Both the position numbers and the translations under genes were made by a program. Positions 36,351-50,321 of a stretch of DNA of 64,000 nucleotides are shown here, in pieces. This DNA comes from Lingula anatina. Taxonomy: Eukaryota > Animalia > Brachiopoda. The stretch lies in NCBI GenBank assembly GCA_051362555.1, contig CM120643.1, positions 7,440,001 to 7,504,000 on the forward strand, written 5' to 3'. The notes below the pieces were generated by a model. It was not told the origin of the DNA. It saw nothing but the letters and a program-made list of their open reading frames with translations, and did no database searches. Each line of letters opens with the position of its first letter. The stretch's first letter is position 1.

Positions 36351-37274
36351 GTGCTGTAATAAAAACATAAACTTGCATATGATATTCACTGAAATTCAGG
36401 GTACATCATTTGTTGCAGTGTCCAAACACTCATGAAACAGATTGGTTTTACAAGGAGAACAGTTTTTGAATGAAGTGTTGTTTTTATGGCCAGAAGTTGT
36501 GTTGAGTTTAATTACCCGGGGACCGTAGAAATACTGACTGGATTCCAGCAGCGTTTTAGTCTGATTCCGGTGTACTCTTGGGAAGTGGATGCCTCATAAC
36601 CCTGTAAGGAGTACATGACAAGGCAAGTGTGGCTGCCTTTAAATAATCCAAGACTAAATAATCAGCAGCACTAAAATTTGTAGCTGGCAAATGAACTAAC
36701 CTATATATTCAATGGTGGCTACAGAGGAACAAAGGGCAGGTCAGTGACCCTGATTTTGGCCTCTGAACTGCGCAAAAATCAGCAGATCTTGTTTGAAAAT
36801 CTGTTTGTGCCATGGCCATTCAGTCAGCAGGTTATGTTCGACAATCAAGTCATTTTGGAAAATCTCTTTATATTTCCTCATCAAGTATATATTTAATCAG
36901 CAGGTTTTGTTTGAAAATCAGCAGGTCATGTTCAAAAATTTATTTGTGTTGTCACCATCAAGTCTACAATAGATTGAAAACCTGTGTTGTCTGCTTATTT
37001 TCAATGTCAAATGTGGAAGAAAGATTCCAGCTTTTTTGGAACCTGTGAACAGATATAATCATCCTGCTCTTCCCAATAATTTTGCTGCACCCTATAATAC
37101 TAACCTTTCCCTTGACCAATTCCCATAATGATTGCCCCTTTCCTGCTGAAACACCTATTCCTGCCACATCTCTTCCCTCTGTGCATAATGCAATGCGCAC
37201 TGCATACAACAGCAAACATGAAAGAGGAATTATGCACTCAGTGCACAGCATTGGACATCAAATAATTCACAGGC

Positions 37275-37465
37275 AATTGATAAATTTCAGGATTCGTGGC
37301 CGAATCGTAATCAGTTCGTGATTGACCAAGAATTGCAAGAACTGACTACAAATATAAACGAATCTGTTAAGAACTTCACTAACTGATTACGATTCAACCA
37401 CGAATCCTGAAATTTGTCAATTCGTGGCGATTAGTGGGATCCGTGGTCTGTTTGAAATAGGGGCA
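37275..37465. mobile_element. Palindromic MITE remnant (Harbinger-like)
   Basis: About 42-bp inverted arms AATTGATAAATTTCAGGATTCGTGG..AATCGTAATCAGTT / AACTGATTACGATT..CCACGAATCCTGAAATTTGTCAATT. Confidence 0.55.
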
Positions 37466-37469
37466 TAAG

Positions 37470-38235
37470 CTGGGATACATTAAAAAAAAGCAGCTGGTAT
37501 TTGCAAAGATGTATGCTACAATGCAATCAAGAGTCACTGGCAAGATGGGCCAGTTGAAGCATATCAGAGCTTGTTACCAAGACTACACCAACACGGAACA
37601 CCTTACAAGGCTGATAAAGAAAAGGTCAAGAACTGATGCTGACAATTTTACATATTGCATGTTGGTTGCTTCCTTTCTTTCCTTTTTTTAAGCTCTATCC
37701 TTTCTTTTCTTTTCTAGCTTTTGCCTTGAAAAAGGCTCCACCAAAGTTCATGCTGTACAACAAACTTGCATTTGCATTTATCTGTTCTTTTTTGGGACTT
37801 ATGTTACTCAGCACGAGCTATGTTATTTGGCTCAATTGGAAGAAGGTACTGAAACAAAATTTTGTGTTGCACTTGCATATTTGGGCGCTTTGATAATAAA
37901 CTCCAACTGTGATCCATCTAAAATTTTGTTAAAAATTATGAACCACAAGAAAACATTCTTAAAGAACACTGAAGAGGATTCAACAGCCTTAAAACGTCAA
38001 CAAGATTTTAAGTAAAGAAAAACAACCTGCAAATGGGGGAAAAAATGGTTATTCTGGGAGTAATGACAAAATTGACAAAACAATACTTTTACTTGAAGTT
38101 CAAACCAGATTATTATCAATGGCAAAGGAAATTGAAAAAAATCAATCTGTTCTCAATATAGCATCTTTTGACCCTGTCAAATTCAATATTGAGTTTACAG
38201 ACCCTTTTGCCTGGAATGTAATTAGTTTTCTATGA
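37470..38235 (+). pseudogene. Degenerate protein-coding fragments, probably DNA-transposon derived (family uncertain)
   Basis: Protein-like pieces RACYQDYTNTEHLTRL, AQLEEGTETKFCVALAYLGALII and FDPVKFNIEFTDPFAWNVISFL, broken by stops. Confidence 0.35.
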
Positions 38236-38481
38236 ATTACTAATAATGAATTTTAGGAGTTATAGAAGAAAATCACAGGTAACTTTGATTGGTACTGTGA
38301 AAAAGGAATGGTGAGAAGAATGATTTTACCTGTAATTTTCTTGATGATATATAAGAAACTCAAACAGAATTCTCAGAGTTTACCAGAGAGTTATCCCACA
38401 AAATAAAACTTGGTCTTTTTGGTTAAATTTTGTTCAGAGATTGCTTTTTATACATTTCTTTACATCTTTTTGTGAGAACAG

Positions 38482-38960
38482 GTGATTGGAATCTAAGAAA
38501 TTTTTGTTTGCAAAACCAATGAGGCAAAAATGAAGGCGTGACAGGAAATTACAAGAAGGTTAGTGCCCAATTTTTTAAATCAAAAGCACTAGAATAGATT
38601 TATTGACTATTGATATATTTTAATCTTATAATTCCATCCTTCACTTAATTACTTCTTTTATAAACATAAGGAACTACATCATTCTGCCTAGTATATTGAA
38701 TAGAATTGGAAAGATTTTTCCAGCTACACCAAAATGAAGGATGCGGAAAGAAGGAGGGAGATTAAAGACTGATGGTGGTAGGGTCTCTCAAATAATGTTG
38801 ACTCCAATCCAAGAAAAGGTTAGCATTTTATAAAAAAATTAAATGTATATAGTCAGAACATACCTTAAGTAGATGGCTTTGTGTTTGGGGGAGATACAAT
38901 ACAGTCGTGCCAGGAGAGGAAGAAGCCAGTAGTCATCTGACAGAGGAACTGGAAGGTACT
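38482..38960 (+). pseudogene. Harbinger Myb/SANT-like accessory gene remnant (spliced)
   Basis: TNEAKMKA*QEIT | NWKDFSSYTKMKDAERRREIK/KTDGGRVSQIMLTPIQEK|gt, with AG/GT boundaries. Confidence 0.65.
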
Positions 38961-41900
38961 CTACTAATATCCGTAATCTTAAGACCTATTTTTTTTTTAC
39001 ATGCACAGATCATTTTTATTACTAATATTTTAACATTAATTATTTTTGTTAGTAAAATAAATGTTTTGTGTTCCTGTATTTTTATCAGAAGTCCCAGATA
39101 AAATACAGGTACAACCAAGAAAGGCATCAAAGAAACAAGTACTGTCATGCCTATAATTCCCGCGACAACTAATTGATCATTTTCTGACATCTGTATGCGT
39201 ACATGGTGACGAGATAATTATAGGGCAAAACACAATGGCAATGAAAATGAGAAGACGTCAAGCCCGCCCTATGTTCGCTAATATGCAAATCAACCCCGCT
39301 TGTCCAGCGGTGGCGGCTTGTCACCCTGTTTATGCTCGACGGGGAGTTAATTGCCGCTTGCTGTAAGCCGACGTAATTACATAGTTGCTTATCTGCCGGT
39401 ACTGTTCCTTTTTCTAGGCTGACACAGGGCCTATCTCCTGCCTTGCTAACGGGTTTTTCTTCACTTTGCAAAGTTTTGTTTGAAAGATTTAATATTTATT
39501 TTACTTGTGAGTTTTTGTCCTGCTATCCACAATTTCCCCACATAACGGCCAACGTTAATTTGAAAATGACGTAATGCAGTATCGGTCACAAACCACGGAG
39601 CGTGCCGTCTGAGGTAATGAGCAAAAATAAAATAAACTACTTCAGACGTTGTGAAGATTATCTGTATATTCGCTTCTTTAACGTCTTTTACCGTGACATT
39701 ATATGCTGATCTCATTTGAAAGTTTTTCGCGTATTATTCGGTCAACTTATTCTGTCAAGCCATACGGGCCTATCACTGCACGTGCGCCATCTTGAATTTT
39801 ATATGTAGAGGGAGGCAGGTCGACAGCCATGCGAAAAAGGACTCTGTGCACGCGGAGAAGTGAAAGTGATACCTTTTTGAAAAACGATATCATTAAAAAA
39901 TACATTCATAAAAATTTAAACTTTGCTTGTCGGAGGCTGATACCCACAAAGTGCTCAAGCTGCTGTGCACTGAGTTATTTATAAGTGGGATCTATTTATG
40001 TCCTGGAGTGGTTCATCGTAGAAATATAGGCTAATTTTGTAATTGCAGTAATAACAACATTCTAATTCATTGCTTCTTTGTACAAGCAAGATGCTCTTTT
40101 CAAATGAATAATGAAATGAATAAATAATGTAATTAAGTTGAGAGAAAGCAGCTCGTTATCTATAAATGGGTCTGTGTTAATTTTTTTTTTCAGGTCGATC
40201 CTTAGATTGTGCCTATTGGCTGGTAATGTAGTTCTGTCTTTTTAAATTGATCAACAACTACTTTTTAAATTTTCTTTAATAAAATACAAATAACAAGTTT
40301 GACATTGAAAATCTAACATGCATGAAAAGCCAATTATAGTTCCAGTGTTATACTATTAAAATCCTATTTCAGCATGCGAAATATATATTTCAAAAAGTTT
40401 GCATCGATCAAGTTTTGTTTGCTTAACCTTTTTGTTTTAGACTTTGAACACATGGATGGAATTTGTAAATATTCTACACAATATAATTCACTTTCATAAG
40501 TTTTGAATTTAAATATATGGACAGTATTAATTAGATAAAATAATACTTATTAAAAAAACGTAAATTTATTGAGAATAAAAATTTAAAATGCCCTTCCGTA
40601 AGCGTATTTTTGAGAGATGATTCTGTACAGTATTTACGAGTGTAAATAATATGCGTTTGACAGCATTTTCTTTCAAATGTGATTCTTTAGAAATGTGCGC
40701 ATTAACTTTTCTTGTCTTACAGACAGACACAGAGAGGACTTCAGGTCCGAAACCAGAATGCCACATGGAAAATACATCTGAGGTCTACAAAAGGCTGCCT
40801 CCTTTGTAGGGTCTTATCTAGCGCACGAAAATCTTTATTAATCATGCGATTTGATAAATTATCACAGATGATGATTTAGTCTAATTGGTGTGCTACACGG
40901 ATAAGAAGGGCGCGTAGAAAGTTGCCTAGGTCTGTAAATATATGCGTTTTGGTGTCGGGGGGGGGGGGGGGGGTCTCCTTTTCTTGCCACAGTATTTAAA
41001 TATTTAAACTGGAAATTATTCGATCACCAATCGTCAAGCTGTCTATGCAGAAAGATATTTTTTAAACTAGCGGAGAGCACCTGCATTGGAGAAGAAGACC
41101 TGGCAGAGAAAGACGGAAGATAAAGATCACTCTCACATACTTTTTTTCCCGTAAATATTTTGATATTAAAGACTCCCGTCCCTCTTCCCTTGTTCGTGTC
41201 CTTCTTTTCTACATTTACTGCATTTTATCATTTGTTTTCCCCGAAGTAAGAATGAATCGTTTGAGCAAGCGGGCTTGGTAGAAAAAGAGGGGAGATAAGG
41301 ACATCAATCTTATTTCCCGTAAATGTTTTTAATATTAAGGATTCCCATCACTTTTTCTTGATAGTTTCCTCTTTCCTCTATTTCTTTTCGCTGCACTTTT
41401 ATCTGTTGACTTCTCTTAAATAAAATTAATCAAATCTAAATAAAACAAATAACGGAGAGCAGATTCTTTGGTGAAATTATTTATCTGTCAAAAACCTTAT
41501 AAAACGTTAAAACATTCTTTATGAATAACGACCCATGCAGTAGTGTAAAATATTCATTTTGTAGAAGGTTGCACAGGATTAAATTCTCGATGCAATTAAC
41601 GATTATTTCCTAGTCTTTCATTAGCCTACCAGCACCTTATTGAGAAAATTTTGATTCACCCCAAGAAGTTATAACTTCTTGTTCACCCTGACACTGCCAA
41701 CGAAAAAGTACTTTAGTTTACTGGTGTCTCTTGAATATTTAGGCACTGTTGATGGCCCCAAAGATTGAAATTTGACGAAACCGATGCTTTATCGCTATTG
41801 TTTAATGATTAACAATTGCTGCCTGAGAACGCTCTTGGGATGTATACTAGTAGACCTAGTCAAAGAATGGAATAGTTTTTAATATCAAGGTCACTTACAA

Positions 41901-43614
41901 CCCAGTCATTAGGTAACACTGGACAACGAAACAAAGGGGCGACTACCAGTTGTAACTGCCATTGAATGAAATGTAAAAGGTGCGAAATCGGCCACCCCTT
42001 AATGCGATCATTAACCAGCAAACAAAGCGTTGTAGTGTAATTTCCACCGCCGACAAGCGGGTTATCAAAAAAAGTATGACAGTCTTTTTACTTCCACCAT
42101 CGATCCCTAGGACGTACATGTACACATGAAAACAACATTGATAACTATTCTTGTTATAATGCACGAAGTAAATTGAAAAAAATTAAAACTATGTTAATTT
42201 GGACTTACTTCATACATGATGTTATTGTGTTCACGACAAAGGCTAATCAAATGCCATTTACCCTTAATGATTTGTTTGGGCGAACTCTCCTCCACAGCAT
42301 TTGCACACGTATCAGTTAAAGATCTTCTTTTAATTAATCTATTTCATAATTCAAGGAGTTGCAGTAAGCGAATGCAGTTATGTGACCGATCTTGCACAAA
42401 CACTTAAGCCCTTGCCGTTAGGCAAATTGACACACTAAGTCATTTTTGATATTTTTTTCTAATGCCCAACAAGAATTTTTGCATGGAATTAATTTTCCAC
42501 CGCTCATCTGACATTCAGTAATATATCGCGAGGACATTGCACTAACCGATGAGAGGCTGTGGTTTAAGCTAGATGCAACACTCGCCACCGAGCTGTACCC
42601 GAAAATTACTCAACCTGTGGCTCGACAATACGCTCGTTATATTTCAATTTCGGCTCGGCGACTTGTATTGTATCTATCACTTATTACAATGTCCAGGTAG
42701 CTTACCCAGCTGTGGTTTTAATTATCGCTATTTAGGTTCCTTTCGAAACCAGCTTCGTCTCCACGAAAACAACATACATGTACAGTGTTTTGGATGTTAC
42801 TCACACGAAGACCTGGCACGGCTTTGTCGTTGGTATTTTCTTTTTATTGTTTAGTGCTATCTATACCCCTATCACTTAACCTGAGAAGTTTCCAAACGTA
42901 AGGACAAAGAGAAAAGTGTGATGTATCGAGACAAAAGGGAGATCGGTAGATACGTCCAAAATTAGGGAGACTTCTGCCAAGATCGGAAGAGTTAATTGGT
43001 ATGGGCCACAGACTGATCGCTCGAGAAATTCACCAAATCTACAAAAAAAAAAATCCTTCAAATGTATTAAATAGCAGAGGCCCATCCCCCTGATTGTAAG
43101 AAGCAAACAAAACAACGAGACGGCAGGTCGACATTCAGCCTAGAGCAAGGTGCAATACTGCCAAGTTGAAAGCTGTTAATTAAGTCGGATTATAGCGCGC
43201 ATCAATTTACTTCCCGTCGCGCTTGGCGAGGACGAACTCCCGTCTCCAAGGGTCGCCCGTACAATAATTTACATATGTGCTCCTCCCCCTGTGCGCTTAG
43301 GCCCTGTATGAGTCCACGTCGCTATTGTTTGCTACCCGCACAGGCTTTTGTAGTTTATCAAAACAACCCATTGTCTCTCAGGGGGCGTGAGTACAGAGTT
43401 AATACGTACATGGAGTATACGCATACGGATTGTCGCGCGAATTATGAGCACAACCAGTAAGAATTTTTAAAATATTACTTCATCTTGCATAATGAAGAAA
43501 AATTTGGAAAAGGCAAGGTACCATTTTATAAAATTTAATACAGGCCTAGACAAACTATATGGGGAGAGATATTGTACTTTTAATGCACATTGTTTATTGC
43601 ATTTTGTCTTGAAA

Positions 43615-43880
43615 GTCGAAGATTAGGGGCCACTGTGGGCACACGGCTGTTTTTTTACGAAAGCTTAAATGGTGACCTGAGAAAACAATTTCATGGAACC
43701 CAGAAGGTAGAATTGCAAATAGTCACAGTGGTGTGCATTCACCAAAAATTACCAGAGCTATTTGAAAAAGTAAAGGATGGTACAGTGCAGGCCCTGGTGC
43801 AGCAGATGACTAAATGGCCAAGTTTGAAATTTTCAGACAGGATAGGTAATTCCTCTCATATCCTGTTCCAACCACTCAAG
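43615..43880 (+). pseudogene. CMC transposase C-terminal fragment, paralogous to 33130-33640
   Basis: LG/PLWAHGCFFYESLNGDLRKQFHGTQKVELQIV. Confidence 0.75.
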
Positions 43881-43935
43881 AATTGTTACAGTTAAAAGTG
43901 AAATCTAAGGGGCCAAGTAATTTTTGCGTTCTGTT

Positions 43936-44150
43936 AATGGGCAGGATATATTCTAAAGAAGAACGCCTTGACCCAACAAGGAACATGGGGGGCTCAAGGA
44001 CAACGCAATATAACAAAAGACCAATCTGCTCACAAAGATTAGACTATATATCAAAAACAGCATCCAGAAATTGTATCCATCTGTAATGAACGAGGAGCTA
44101 TGGAGACCATGTCTCTCGGCGATGAACACTGCCAATTGAAATTTGAGGTG
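43936..44150 (+). pseudogene. BEN-domain-like transposon accessory fragment
   Basis: MGRIYSKEE...KRPICSQRLDYI/YPSVMNEELWRPCLSAMNTAN. Confidence 0.5.
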
Positions 44151-44727
44151 TTCACAAAAGATCAACATATAGGAAAGCTAACACGTGTTTCCCTACAATA
44201 CGCCAAAGGCTTAGTTTGTCTGCAGATAAATGTGATAACATTCTTGGCTGACTGAGGCAACGTTTGAAAAAGCAACCAATTAACTTACAGACCATGGCGC
44301 ACCGTGGTAGAAAATGAAGAAGAAAAGCAGACAACTATTAAACATATGCACAGTGACAGTGAGTAAAATTTACAGATATTACTATTCTTTTACAACCTTT
44401 GGATTTATATTGCTGTGAATGGAGTGTTAGTGATACGCATATTACAATGTACTACCAGATGATATTACAATGTACTACCAGATGCTACCAGGCTGTGTAT
44501 TTTCATACAACACTTCCCAATAAGAAAGCACAAAGCAAGTAAGTAAATGATAAAGTAGACCCCATTTAAAGTAACATCAAGTAAACTATTGTCCTCACTC
44601 TCTGAAATACAAGTGGTGTTTAATTCTGATTACTAAGTCCCATATTATAATATTGCCCTATTGGAATGGTCTGTATGATAATCATGTTTTTGGTTGGTTT
44701 TAATGCCATTTTATTTAGAATTGTCAG

Positions 44728-46097
44728 GTGGGGAGCACCAAAAAGGCTCCCGTCAGACCAAGGAAGAGAGTTTGTAGCTGAAATAAATACAGAGGTTTGC
44801 CGCTCACTCAGCATAGAGAGGTCTGTGACAAGTGCTGATCATCCTCATACCAATGGTCTGGATGAGAGGACAAACCAGACACTGAAGACTCGATTGAGCA
44901 AGCTCATTAATGAACACCAGAACGACTGGGATACTTATTTGGAGGATGTGGCGTATTCCATCAGGACACAAAAGCAAGCGTCCACAAAGTTCACCCCTTT
45001 TTTTTCTAATGTTTGGGAGGCACCCTAGGTCTCTGAGAGAGGTAATTCTAGATTTAAAATTTTAATGATTTAGACAAGATAAAATTTGGAACATTTTTAT
45101 TATTATTTTCTGACATCTCAGTAATAGGTTTGTTACATCACCGAAATTCTGTTTGAAAAGCAGTCTATGTGTAGCCAAACTGTGTATTAGATATGATATG
45201 CATTGGTCTTGGCATTTATATCAAACCTATTTAAATCATGCAGACCTTTTTTAGATTATCAGTTATTTCTATATATGCTTAAATGGCTGCACTACAAATA
45301 TTTTATTTACCTACCTATTTTTCATTCTTCTGCTTATTTTACTTAACAGGCTGTCTGCTAGTTGTGATACTGATCCTGTCCTCACCTTAAATAAAGTGGG
45401 AAGCATGAAACATTGCTCTCATGTTCACAAATAAAACAGAACAAATTTTTAAGAGGTTTTCTAATTTCAATTGTGATTTCCATTTTTAGATGAATGCCAC
45501 AGATGGTGAAAGTATTGAAGTTCTGGAAGACATGGTCAACCATAGAGAGGCATTGCTAGATGTCACCAATAAAGTTGTAAGTACAAAGGCACACACAATG
45601 TGCTTCATTAAAGGGTTCTAGCATGTTACAGTTGTATCAAAATTGTATTTGAATATAAAATACTTTCCTTGTTTTATGACTGCCTGTCATATTTGTGTCT
45701 CTAATAAGCAACTGTGCATTCATTACTAGGACATAGTATTTTAATGCACCGACACAGTGTACGTAGCCATCACCTGCCTCTGTCATGGTGCACTTTTTTC
45801 ATTGTTACTGCACTAACCTAAATACTGATATACCTTTTTGCCTCAAAGTTATTAGTTAATTTGATGCCTGTTTATGTGCCATCTTCACTGTCTATATTTT
45901 TCTTATGTATTTTTCTTAGGTACAAGAGAATGTGGAAAAGGCCCAAACAAAACAGAAGGAGAATTTTGCAAAGAGAAAGGCAAATGGCGTCAAATCCTTT
46001 GACCTTTCAGTTGCAGACATGCAGTCATGAAAAGGGCTATGAAAAACATTGGAAGGAAGGGAGGAAAAATGGAGCATCTGTGGACTGGGCCTTATCG
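44728..46097 (+). pseudogene. Ginger1/GIN-like intron-containing integrase remnant; exons 44728-45041, 45490-45576, 45920-46097
   Basis: WGAPKRLPSDQGREF...HPHTNGLDERTNQTLK...TKFTPFF/LMFGRHPR | MNATDGESIEV... | VQENVEKAQTKQK.../RKGGKMEHLWTGPY. GT-AG introns, two frameshifts, no RT/RNaseH or LTR nearby. Confidence 0.82.
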
Positions 46098-46591
46098 GTA
46101 TGTATTTCTGCCAGAACTTTTCTTTTAATGAGTTATTTGCTGCTCTTGATACTGTACACGTGATTTGTGATTTCTAGTACTTCCACCATAATACATGTAC
46201 ATCTTAACACAACAAAACAATAATTCAATATCTCAGAAGTAGAGGGGAAGATGTATCTTGTCCAGAGCACAGTGGAGTCTGCACAGCCCATCTGAGAAGA
46301 CGACACCATTGGGGACAAGCTTAACCACTGATGGGGATCGACAGCCGAGCCCAGCTGCATGTGACAATGTTGAAATTTTTTTGGGACACATGACACTTTA
46401 CCAAAGCTCTGAAAAAACAAATAGAAAAAGCACCATTTTCTGGTCAAGTGTCTCCAGGAAAAACAAAATACACTAGAGACAAAATGCAAAAACGTTTGCA
46501 ATGCGCTGCTATTCTGAATTTGATGCTTGCTTTAGAGCAAATAAATAAATAAATAAATAAAATAAATAAAATAAATAAAGCAAATAAAGGG

Positions 46592-46594
<3 letters not shown>

Positions 46595-46670
<76 letters not shown>
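46595..46670. repeat. (TA)n microsatellite
   Basis: Read directly. Confidence 0.95.
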
Positions 46671-46672
<2 letters not shown>

Positions 46673-46974
46673 CAAAGTCACAGTCAACCTGTCTATCTAT
46701 AATACCAGGTTACAAATAGGCCTAACTGTTAACTCCATCACATTTACAACAACTTATTCATCCTAGTGTTAGCTGACCTTGCAAGGAATTCAGTTTATTG
46801 GAATGTATTTCTGAGTAACAAGTTAAGAAAATTCACTAGTTAACTAAAGACACAAAACAACTGTCACTTCTACTTTAAAACCGTTTTGTTATTACTTTGA
46901 TAAATTTAGTTACAGTATTGATAAACAAAGTATCACGTTTTCAATAATTAATATTTTAAATTACAATCCATAAA

Positions 46975-47121
46975 TGCAAGGTTGTGTCATTGACCAAAAT
47001 ACAACGTTGAGTCAACGTGGCTGGATCAAAGTTGATTTTACCTTGAATTTAGGTAGATCAACGGCAATTCAACGTATCAACCTGTTTTCAACGTTGATCT
47101 AACGCAACTATGCCTGCTGGG
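46975..47121. mobile_element. EnSpm/CACTA-type terminus
   Basis: Clustered CAACGTTG/TCAACG subterminal repeats ending in ...TGCCTGCTGGG. Confidence 0.6.
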
Positions 47122-47260
47122 TACTCATTACTTCACATTTAACATGTCCACTGTATTTAATGTCACATTTCTATACAAACTAAATATCCTTTCATACAAC
47201 TCTTGCAGTTTTTTCAAATTTCTAATAAAATTCCAACCTTAATTTCTTTCTCTTTCACAG

Positions 47261-48027
47261 ATGGAGACCAAAGAAGTCATTGTAAAAAATGAGGCAACAC
47301 CACTTAATCAAATGACGGTAACAGATGACACAGGCTCAATAACAGTCAATTTGTGGAGAACAGCCACTACATCCCCAGTTAAACTGGGAAGTCGTTTGCC
47401 AGAGGAGGGCAACCAACCTCCACTTCAATACATATGAAAACCAACTGGTATGCCACGTCAATTCACCAGAAAATGTACAGGTAACCACACATTGAACATC
47501 TTTCCTCTTTAACTGTTTTTAAAATAATGCTAATAATTTGCTATACTGTTTTTCAAGAAATAATCAACATTATACAAGCATTACAGATTATTCTAATAAT
47601 CGTCAATTACATTGTTCACTTTTAACACAAAAGTCCACACACAGGTCACCAACATATACATATCATGCTTCATAGAAAAACATTATTACTGAGACCACTA
47701 AAAACCATTATTAACTTAGTACATATAATAGCTTTCTCTGTTATATTTAAGAAAATTTTTTTTCTTATTTCATTATAATTCCAGATTCAAGAAAGTGTCT
47801 GCATAGAGAAAGCCATCAAGTTATTGGGGATCAGTCATGACCAGACAACTCAAGGCTTCCTTTTCTTTACTGAAGAAGAACAAGAATTACATATGTCTTT
47901 GGAAGAAGCAAGAAAAATATGGCCACACTCTTCAGAGGATGAAATCAGCACAACCCTACCAATGAATATTACATGTGCAATAACTGAAGGACAAATGACA
48001 GATGTAGCAATACAGGGTAATTGCTGA
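47261..48027 (+). pseudogene. Spliced OB-fold (ssDNA-binding-like) gene remnant; exons 47261-47480 and 47785-48027
   Basis: METKEVIVKNEATPLNQMTVTDDTGSITVNLWR (D-x-T-G-x-I-x-V-x-L-W motif), one frameshift, ...HVNSPENVQ|gt...ag|IQESVCIEK...GNC*. Confidence 0.6.
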
Positions 48028-49596
48028 AATTTTTGACTCCCATCATGCCATACCATATACTATTAATACTATAATCAAAATTTATAACTTTCCATTTTTT
48101 AATAACTTAATATGAGATGCTAACTGAAACAACAATGTAATATGTGCATACATACACAGCTATTGATCTAGTCCTCTGCTTCCTTCGCAGTGCTGTGAAA
48201 AAACTGTTAAAATATACATAAAATCCTACATTTTTTCAAAGTTTTCAAACTATGATCATGTACCGCCACATAATGATTTTTAAGCCTCACTCAGAGTTTT
48301 CCATTTTTTTATCTTCAATGTTCATTGATATGACACAAACATTATCTTAGCATATAACAACTGACAGTACCTCTTGTTACTGTTATGCATTTAACTGTAA
48401 CTTATATCAGCTTTTCATTAATTACACAGATATAAAACCTTCAGACATAAGCCAGCCCACCATGCCAGAGCCAGGTACCTCTCTCAGCCAGCCCACCATA
48501 CCAGAGCCAGGTACCTCTGTTTGAAATAGCATTATGGTAAGCTTGCTGTCCTTTTCATTGTAATATAACTGCTGAATAACATTATATTGCTTCAACCAAA
48601 AATCAGCTCTAAGCAAATGAACAAAACTGTCATAAAACACTTGGGTGCCTTTTTTGGTAAACTTCGCCACAAATTTTTACAGTTCAAAATTTATTACTTA
48701 AGCACATGATCAAATTTGACATGAAATACTTTCATGTGTCAATAATTTCTTATAATTTCTGTTCCTATAATAAAAATATTAACAACAAAATTTTCATTTA
48801 TATAAATTCGATCCCTTCTATGGTTAAAAATGTTATTTCAAAGATCTTTTTCGTGTCTACTATGGGGTCTCAAACACCATACTTATTCTTTTTTTTTTTT
48901 CAGCACAAAAAAGAAACGGGTTGCTAACTAAAATCAGCACAATCAGTTAATATTTACAGTAGTTTTTTTTTCTTTTTTATTCTAAGAGTCATTTATGTAA
49001 TGCTGATTAATGTATAATATACAAGCTGTACATTATTCTTTTGTCTGATGTTTTTCTTTTTCTTTTTTTTGTTAATTATAATTTTGCCTTACTTTAGTTG
49101 TAAGTGTACTTTAGATAATGTCTATTACATATGATATTATCTAAAACTCGTTCAGGGTTTTAAGTTTCAATCAGTCCTTTTGCTAATTGTTCAAGATTTT
49201 TTTATCTAGTTCAGAGTATTAAAATTGCCTTTCTACATTAGTCCACATGTATTGAGGAGTTTCTTGAAGGCATTTTTTTTAACTTACATTGTAAAAAATG
49301 TTTCATTTATTTTATTACAATATATCTTAGTTTTATAACTTTTTCATAGTTTAGTTATTGTTATACTTTCGATGTTAAAGTAAAATGTGAGTCATTCTTG
49401 CTACTATGTACATATGATATTATCTTTAAGTTGTCACAAGTTTTAAGTTTAAATCATTACTTCTGCAAATTGTTCAACCTATTTTTCATGTAGTTCAGTT
49501 TATGAAAATTGCCTTTCCACAGTAGTGCAGTTATTAAGGAGTTTGTTAAAGAGTTCTTTGATCTTACAGTGTTAAATATGTAACTTTACATTTTAA

Positions 49597-49757
49597 GGCA
49601 ACACATGCAAAATCCATATTCCAAAATCCATTAGCGTATCTACTGATCACAATCTGTATCCTGCATACCCCATGGTGCCACTGAATAAACAAATCACAGA
49701 TCGTGATCGCTAGATACCACCAGTAGATTTTTTTAAATTTTGCGTGTGAACGAAGCC
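49597..49757. mobile_element. Decayed Harbinger MITE related to 60980-61236
   Basis: Right end TGTGAACGAAGCC matches the TIR of the 60980 element. Left end is GGCAACACATGCA. Confidence 0.55.
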
Positions 49758-50321
49758 AAATAGTTATATATTAGTTTGTTATAGTGTCTTCTTTCTTTAT
49801 TTTGATATCTTTAAAATAAATGCAATGAAATTACTTCACCCATTAGTCATGTGAGTATTTGTCTACAGCTAAATTGCCATCATGCTTACACTTTTTCATT
49901 TTTAACAGATATATGACTACTATAAACCTTTCAATTTTCACTTAGCAAAATGCCCAGAGTCTGTAACGCAGTTAGTACAACAGCTGAGTCTAAATAAAAA
50001 GAGCAGAAAATCCAAAACCAGATTATCTTTTTCATCCTTCTTAAAAAGTAACTGCGACATTAATTTAAAAAAAATAACAAAACAATGTTCTTATTTTAGA
50101 TGTTATTCAACGATCTAAATAATATCAAAATAATGCAAAAAAAAAGTCATATAAAATATATAGAAACACATAACCTGGCAAGTAGTCATAATTCCATTAT
50201 GTTTATCTTTTTCACAGTGATTCATAACATTGATATATCAATATTACACCAGACGTAAAAATTTTTGGAAACACAAAGATGCCAATAAAAAATGTTATTG
50301 GTATTTCAACAATTTTCTTAC

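Noticed and set aside
44666-45028. Integrase as part of a second Gypsy LTR element
   Set aside because: Interrupted by spliceosomal introns with no RT/RNaseH, PPT or LTR. It fits Ginger/GIN better.
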